A stretch of 64,000 bases of DNA. Origin: Myxococcales bacterium. Lineage in GTDB: Bacteria; Myxococcota_A; Polyangia; Polyangiales; Polyangiaceae. The notes beneath the pieces were generated by a model. The model worked only from the letters and a program-made list of their open reading frames with translations, made no database searches and was not told the origin of the DNA. Of this stretch, positions 58,639 through 64,000 are shown piece after piece (the first letter of the stretch is position 1; every line of letters starts with the position of its first letter). Position numbers and translations under genes: made by a program. Where the stretch lies: contig JAYTOU010000017.1 of assembly GCA_043747615.1 (NCBI GenBank), forward strand, positions 32,001 through 96,000, written 5' to 3'.

Positions 58639-59658
58639 GTGATTTCTGCGTGGGCGCTCACTGGAGAAGACTTGACGGCGATGAGCACGCCGATCGACGC
58701 GCGTGTATTCTGCACGCGACTGACCAAGCTGGCGCTCGGCCAACTCGGTCACGGCGGTCTCGGAAAAAAAGCAGCGGCTTTTGCGGCGGAGCACCTCGAT
58801 CTGTCCTTACCCCGGGTGGCGCAACAAGAACGCTCCTCCGATGGTTCGACGAAGCTCGTCCTCGCCCTTGCCGATGGAGCGCGGGTCGAAGCCGTGCACA
58901 TGCCGCGCGCCGTGAAGAATCCGCGGGTGACGGTGTGCCTGTCGAGCCAGGTCGGTTGCGCGATGGGATGCACGTTTTGCCGGACGGCACAGATGGGGCT
59001 CGTCCGTCATCTCACGGCGGCAGAAATCGTCGGTCAATTGCTGATCGTTCTCCAGACGCTCGGGCCCGTCGATCCGCAGCGGGTGAACGTGGTGTTCATG
59101 GGAATGGGCGAGCCGCTCCACAACCTGAATGCCGTTCTCACCGCGGTCCGCGTGATGTGCAACCCGGCCGGCCTCGGCCTGTCGCCTTCCCGGATCACGG
59201 TGTCGACGTCCGGGCTCATTCCCGGGATCGACGCTCTCGCCCGCGCCGCTGTCCGGCCTTGCCTGGCGCTCAGCGTCAACGCCACCACCGATGCGGCGCG
59301 GTTGCGCACGATGCCCATCACTAAGGCCCACGGGCTCGCGGACCTTCGACTCGCACTTCTGCGATTCCCCCTCCGGTCGCACGAGAAGATCACGATCGAG
59401 TACGTCCTCCTCCCTGGCGAGAACGACACCGCGGAGGACGCCGTGCGGCTCGCTGCGTTCACGCGCGGCTACCGACATTGCGTGAACGTGATCCCTTTCA
59501 ATCGTTACGACGGCGCCCGCTTCGAAGCGCCATCCGCCGAGAGCCTCGCGCGATTCGTGCGCGCGGCTCAGGATGAGGGCTGCCTGGTGACGGTGAGACA
59601 CTCCCGCGGGACGGACGTTTCTGCGGCGTGCGGTCAGCTCGTGCAGCTCACAACGTAG
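58639..59658 (+). CDS. rlmN: RlmN/Cfr-family radical SAM RNA methyltransferase
   Basis: SSQVGCAMGCTFC; MGMGEP; AACGQL; GTG 58639 preceded by TAGATT-N7. Confidence 0.9.
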   Translation: MISAWALTGEDLTAMSTPIDARVFCTRLTKLALGQLGHGGLGKKAAAFAAEHLDLSLPRVAQQERSSDGSTKLVLALADGARVEAVHMPRAVKNPRVTVCLSSQVGCAMGCTFCRTAQMGLVRHLTAAEIVGQLLIVLQTLGPVDPQRVNVVFMGMGEPLHNLNAVLTAVRVMCNPAGLGLSPSRITVSTSGLIPGIDALARAAVRPCLALSVNATTDAARLRTMPITKAHGLADLRLALLRFPLRSHEKITIEYVLLPGENDTAEDAVRLAAFTRGYRHCVNVIPFNRYDGARFEAPSAESLARFVRAAQDEGCLVTVRHSRGTDVSAACGQLVQLTT

Positions 59659-59671
59659 ACGCGGCGACCCT

Positions 59672-61768
59672 CTATTTTGCAGCCGTTTTCTCGGTCTTTT
59701 CGCCGATCTTGAGGAGCGTGAGATCCGCGACGCCGTCCTGGAAGTGAATGCGCGTGACCATCAGGTTTTCTTGCAGCCCAACGACGTTGATCGTCGCCTT
59801 CGAGAGCCTGTCGCTCACCTCCTGCATCTTCTTCTCGAGGCTCTGCATGAGCGGGCCGGCGGTCTTCACCAGCTTGAGAGTCACGAGCTGCGCGTGGAGC
59901 TCGTCCATCCGAACGCGGTACTCGGCCATCTGCTCGCGGGTGGTGAGCACGTGCTGGGAGATGTCGGACATGTCTTTGTTCAACTTGAGCAAATCCTCGA
60001 CCTGGTGCTTGAGAGGGCCTTCGGCGACGGCGCGCGAGAGGTACACGCGAACCTGCTCGATGCCCTCCGCGGTCCGCACGTCAATCGCCTTGTAGATCGG
60101 GGTCGACTCTTCGATCGTCACCTCTGCTTTGCCGTGCGGCTCGACAGAGACGCGGAACAAGTTGGCGTTTCCGATCTTCTCCTCGCCGCTTCCCGCGGGC
60201 ACCTTGGAGAGCTTGTAACCGGGAGCGACGGTGTGACGAACGTAGACCGTGGCGCGGTCGCCGAGGCGGTTGTTCAGGGTGAACGTGGTCTGCCTCTTGT
60301 GCTGCACCTCGGTCGAGAAGACGCCGCGTTGCACCGTCAAGACGCGAGAGATTTCGTCGACCTCGCCGCTCTGCTGATCGACGACGACCTGCCGGTCGAG
60401 CGCGAACGGAACGAACGCCGTCGACGCCGCGGGAATCGGCTCCGCCATACCTTCGCCGATGAAACGGCCACCGCCGAAGACGGTTACCGGCCCTGTCTCG
60501 AGCGCCGACTGGCTGGGGTTCTTCAGCCGCACGCTGCGAAAGGGAAACTGCGCGTTGCCGCGTGCGCTCTCCGGATCGTAGAGGTAGACGACTTCGCCGT
60601 CCGTCTCGCTGTGCATGATGGACACCATCGCGCTCGTGCCGCGTGCCACGCTAGTGACGCTGCCCGACTCGAAGTTCGACGTACCGATCGGCTCGGCGGC
60701 AGGAGCGTTCGCGGCCGCCCCCTGAGCCGACGCGCGTTCGTCTTTGGACGGGTCCGTCTTTCCCTTTGCGTTGACCTCGGCCTCCACGATGCGGATACCG
60801 CCGGCACGCCCGGTTTGTTCGCCGCGCCCGACGGCCACCACTTTGCTCGGGTCGACGCCGTTGCGGACGAGCTGCTCGCGCATCTTGTTCGCTCGGTCGA
60901 GCGAGGCCGCCTGTTTGTCGCCGTCGCCTGCGGTGGCATAGCCTTCGATTACGATCTGGTTGTGTGTGTTCTGCAACGAACGCGCGACGCGGGCGATCTC
61001 GTCGAGCGCAGCGTCTCTCGGCGGCTGGCGCACCGCTTGGCCGCTCTTCATCACTGCCGTCGGCCCCGCGACTTCCGGCGTACTGGCTGGCGGCGCAGGA
61101 TGGCTCGCGGCGGCGAGGACCGCGTCGTCCATGTCCGCGACGAGCCTTTTTTGCGCTCCGTCCGCGCCGTACGTCGCCCCGCCGGTGGGGGGCGCATAGG
61201 CGAACAGATCGTTTTGCTGAAGTGTCTCGCGCTCGACGAGGCGGACCGACTGCAGATCGAAGCGGAAGGAGAGCGCCGAGCTGGAGCCAACCCCGAGCCG
61301 CACGTTGTTCCAGTCTTCCCCGCTCGTGTTGTCGACGATGGCCCATGCCTGCAGATCCACTTTGCCATTTTTCCCGAGCACGACGCGGTAGCTCGGCTTC
61401 CACGAAGGCGCGTCGGTCACATACGAGAGCTTGAGCCGGTGGGTATGCGGGCCCGACAGACCGATCTTCATGGTGATGAGCCCGGTCTGGGCGCTCACTT
61501 GCTTGGTCGGATACGAGATCGGTGCGGGCTGCCCGGTCTGCGCATCGACCACCGTGAGCGACTTCAGGAAGTCGTCGACCTTGTCACTGGGGACGCTCAG
61601 GTCGAGATGATCGCCCTCCACCTCGGCGGTCCGCTCGAAGTAGGCAACGCCATTTCGGTAAACGACGACGCGGCCAAGCGTGGTGTCGGGAGCCTTCACG
61701 AACGTGGAGGCGATCGCGCCGCAGCCAGTCATCACGAACAAAAGGGGAAGGAAGGTCAGACTTTTCAT
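59672..61768 (-). CDS. DUF4139/DUF4140-family lipoprotein with inserted OmpA-like domain
   Basis: Lipobox MTGC; VVVYRNGVAYFER; WKPSYR; QAWAIVDNTSGEDW; central IEGYA...SLDRA...VAVGRGE. Confidence 0.85.
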   Translation of the reverse strand: MKSLTFLPLLFVMTGCGAIASTFVKAPDTTLGRVVVYRNGVAYFERTAEVEGDHLDLSVPSDKVDDFLKSLTVVDAQTGQPAPISYPTKQVSAQTGLITMKIGLSGPHTHRLKLSYVTDAPSWKPSYRVVLGKNGKVDLQAWAIVDNTSGEDWNNVRLGVGSSSALSFRFDLQSVRLVERETLQQNDLFAYAPPTGGATYGADGAQKRLVADMDDAVLAAASHPAPPASTPEVAGPTAVMKSGQAVRQPPRDAALDEIARVARSLQNTHNQIVIEGYATAGDGDKQAASLDRANKMREQLVRNGVDPSKVVAVGRGEQTGRAGGIRIVEAEVNAKGKTDPSKDERASAQGAAANAPAAEPIGTSNFESGSVTSVARGTSAMVSIMHSETDGEVVYLYDPESARGNAQFPFRSVRLKNPSQSALETGPVTVFGGGRFIGEGMAEPIPAASTAFVPFALDRQVVVDQQSGEVDEISRVLTVQRGVFSTEVQHKRQTTFTLNNRLGDRATVYVRHTVAPGYKLSKVPAGSGEEKIGNANLFRVSVEPHGKAEVTIEESTPIYKAIDVRTAEGIEQVRVYLSRAVAEGPLKHQVEDLLKLNKDMSDISQHVLTTREQMAEYRVRMDELHAQLVTLKLVKTAGPLMQSLEKKMQEVSDRLSKATINVVGLQENLMVTRIHFQDGVADLTLLKIGEKTEKTAAK

Positions 61769-61838
61769 GGGAATCCCTCAGGACGGCGAAGCGTGTCCGC
61801 CTTTGACGTCCGAGAGACCCGGAGGATCTGCCCCCGCT

Positions 61839-63725
61839 CTAACTGCGAGGATGGTGGGGGCCGGCGACCGTGCGCGTAAGCGATTGCGGGACGACCTGAC
61901 GCAGGTGCCACGCCTGCACGCTCACGATCTCTTCGGCGGCCGTGAGAGTCGCACGCACCCGCGCGGTGAGCCGCCACGTCGAAACGATGACCATGACGTG
62001 AAAGGTCATGAGCGCGATGGTCGATGGCCACTTCGGAAACGAGGCCATCTGCGGGACGACGACGAGCCTTCCATTCTCGAAGAGATACGAGGTGGGCAAG
62101 ACGCCGAGCCATTCGAGCACGACGGGGAAGACGACCGACCCGCAGGCGACGGCAAGCGCGACGCGGCGCAACCCCTTGTAGGGGTAGATCCCAAAAGTGA
62201 CCGCGAGGGCGAGCGCGGCGGTGGGGACGATGATCAGCGGTCCAAACATGCGACCGAGCGCCACGAACCCGAGCGGCGCGAAAAGCAAATTGACGAAGCT
62301 CCGGTTCGGTCGCGTAAAGCGGTACTGCAGGTAGGCAAAGATCGCCGACAGCCCGAAGAACGCGCAAGCGGCGATGATCCATCCCCAATGCAGCACCCCC
62401 ATCCACAGAAGGAAGGGAACGATCAGAAACCAGGTCAGGTACGAGAAGCTCCCCATGAGCGCGGCAACGCTGATCGACTTCAGCCTCGCGCGCTCGAGCG
62501 AAGCGAGGGCCTCCGGGGGAATCTCCTTCGGTGGCTCGAGCAGAAGGCGACTCATGGTCCCCAGGGCGAGGGCATTGGTGGGGTCGAGGGCGAGAGCTTT
62601 TCCTGCCTCGCGCATGGCGACAGCTCGCCGCTCCGTCGAATTTTCTATGCCTCGGAGCGCCGATTGTGCGGCGTCCGCAGCCGCATTCGCGTGCACGTCC
62701 GACAGATCGCGGCGAAGCTCCATGTCGCGATCGCCATCGAGGTAGCTCTCGATCGCATCCTGCAGATCACGCGCAGACGCGAACCGGTCCTTGGGGTTGA
62801 AGGCCGTGGCCTTGACGCAGATCCGCTCGAGCTCGGGTGGCACCTCGCACTCGGGTGCACGCATAGACGCCCGCGCGTCCGCCCCATTCGCCGTGGTCGC
62901 TGCTATCTCAGGCAACGACCCAACGTGAAGAGACTTCAACGTGAGGATCTCGAAGAGGATCGCGCCCAGCGAATAGACGTCGGTGCGCGCGTCCAGCTCC
63001 TCGTCTTTGAACTGCTCCGGCGACATGAAGCCGAGTGTTCCGATCATCGTCCCCGCCGCCGTCGCCGCCGGTTTGTGCGGGCCCGAGTCGAAGGACTCGG
63101 TCGTAGGATCGTCCGCAGTGATCTTCGCGACGCCCCAATCGAGCACGTATACCTCGCCGAACGTCCCCAGCATGATGTTGCTCGGCTTGATATCGCGGTG
63201 GAGGACAGCATGTGCGTGCGCGAATTCGATGGCGAGGCATGCGCTGCCGAACGCGGTGAGCAGTTTGCGCCGCGAGTATTCGCGGAGCGCGTTCTTGTCG
63301 TTAGCCCGGATCCGGAAAAGTATTTCTTCAAGGGTCATCCCCCGAACGCGCTTCATCGTGAAGTAAGCCGCGCCTTCGGGGCCGACGCCGAGATCGTAAA
63401 CGGGCACGATCGACGGGTGCTCGAGCCCTCCTTGCACGCGGGCCTCGCGGAGAAATCGCGCCTGGAAATCGGTGCGCGTGTCGAAACCCGGGCGGATCAT
63501 CTTCACAGCCACTTCGCGACCGATACGCACGTCCTTGCAGAGGCGCACCTCGCCCATGCCTCCTTCACCGAGGATCCGCTTCACCTCGTAGCGCGCCACG
63601 AAGCCTTGCTCGGAGATCGACGTCGGCCCGGCGTGTATAAGAGGCATCATCGAGTCGTGGTTTTCCGCGGGCGGCGGAGTGTCGAGGATGGTCGCGTCGA
63701 ACGCGCCCGACGGCTTCTTGAACAT
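61839..63725 (-). CDS. Ser/Thr protein kinase with C-terminal membrane domain
   Basis: GEGGMGEV; VAVK; HRDIKPSN; DWG; GTLGFMSPE; several C-terminal TM helices. Confidence 0.93.
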   Translation of the reverse strand: MFKKPSGAFDATILDTPPPAENHDSMMPLIHAGPTSISEQGFVARYEVKRILGEGGMGEVRLCKDVRIGREVAVKMIRPGFDTRTDFQARFLREARVQGGLEHPSIVPVYDLGVGPEGAAYFTMKRVRGMTLEEILFRIRANDKNALREYSRRKLLTAFGSACLAIEFAHAHAVLHRDIKPSNIMLGTFGEVYVLDWGVAKITADDPTTESFDSGPHKPAATAAGTMIGTLGFMSPEQFKDEELDARTDVYSLGAILFEILTLKSLHVGSLPEIAATTANGADARASMRAPECEVPPELERICVKATAFNPKDRFASARDLQDAIESYLDGDRDMELRRDLSDVHANAAADAAQSALRGIENSTERRAVAMREAGKALALDPTNALALGTMSRLLLEPPKEIPPEALASLERARLKSISVAALMGSFSYLTWFLIVPFLLWMGVLHWGWIIAACAFFGLSAIFAYLQYRFTRPNRSFVNLLFAPLGFVALGRMFGPLIIVPTAALALAVTFGIYPYKGLRRVALAVACGSVVFPVVLEWLGVLPTSYLFENGRLVVVPQMASFPKWPSTIALMTFHVMVIVSTWRLTARVRATLTAAEEIVSVQAWHLRQVVPQSLTRTVAGPHHPRS

Positions 63726-63779
63726 GAGGCGGAGATTAGCGGCTTTCCTACAAGGGTGGGGGGTCGACGCGCCAGAGCG

Positions 63780-64000
63780 CTACCATGCGCCGTTCAACGA
63801 GAAGGCGCTGCGCATGGGCGCGCCGCTGAGTGCGAGGCCACTGGCGCTCGGAGGATTCGCGTCGGCCGAGGATTTTGCGGAGTGGAAAATAAGCGGCACG
63901 CCGACGCCAATGAGCGATCCGACGACGACTCCGGTCATTACGTCCGAAAAATAATGTTTGTCTCCTGCCATTCGCAGGTACCCGACGGAGGCGGCCATGG
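63780..64000 (-). CDS. PAP2-family phosphatase (3' part only)
   Basis: YLRMAGDKHYFSDVMTG matches PAP2 motif 3; the gene runs off the window edge. Confidence 0.75.
   Translation of the reverse strand, partial: MAASVGYLRMAGDKHYFSDVMTGVVVGSLIGVGVPLIFHSAKSSADANPPSASGLALSGAPMRSAFSLNGAW

Noticed and set aside
58639..59658. Cfr-type antibiotic-resistance methyltransferase
   Set aside because: The motifs fit housekeeping RlmN-like enzymes and there is no mobile context; phylogeny would be needed to say more.

Overview
This is a high-GC, densely coding bacterial window with about 55 supportable genes. Gene content points to a myxobacterium of the Polyangiaceae/Labilithrix type (inference): many Cys-rich and DAG-rich lipoproteins, Ser/Thr kinases, a TonB_C-fused TonB receptor, a TSP3-OmpA protein and a protoglobin kinase. 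I found no rRNA, tRNA, CRISPR array or mobile element. Four modules stand out. (1) 0-12.6 kb: uppP, a PhoB/PhoR-like pair and a putative phosphate-starvation cluster (divergent PstS-like exported protein, OprO/P-like porin, TonB-dependent receptor, lipoproteins) with three Pho-box-like 11-bp direct repeats. (2) 13.7-41.3 kb: a stress/hypoxia-type neighbourhood with USPs, DUF2383, YtxH, a host-attachment protein, a CBS fragment, GlsB/YeaQ and a ~15-unit poly-HAMP hybrid kinase. It is organised around a globin-PAS histidine kinase that appears to start at CTG and an NtrC-type activator, with many sigma54 -24/-12 motifs and candidate enhancers. (3) 41.5-48.2 kb: fur plus a lipoprotein katG, and a stand-alone A-T-C NRPS with a beta-alanine-type code coupled to a membrane di-iron desaturase/hydroxylase. 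(4) 48-64 kb: envelope proteins, a CxxCH/lipoprotein/Tat-DUF1501-like trio, a cyclophilin, rlmN, a DUF4139-OmpA protein and a kinase. Many genes have TANNNT 6-10 nt before the start codon and no SD, which suggests leaderless mRNAs. All family calls come from motif recognition by eye; no searches were run.
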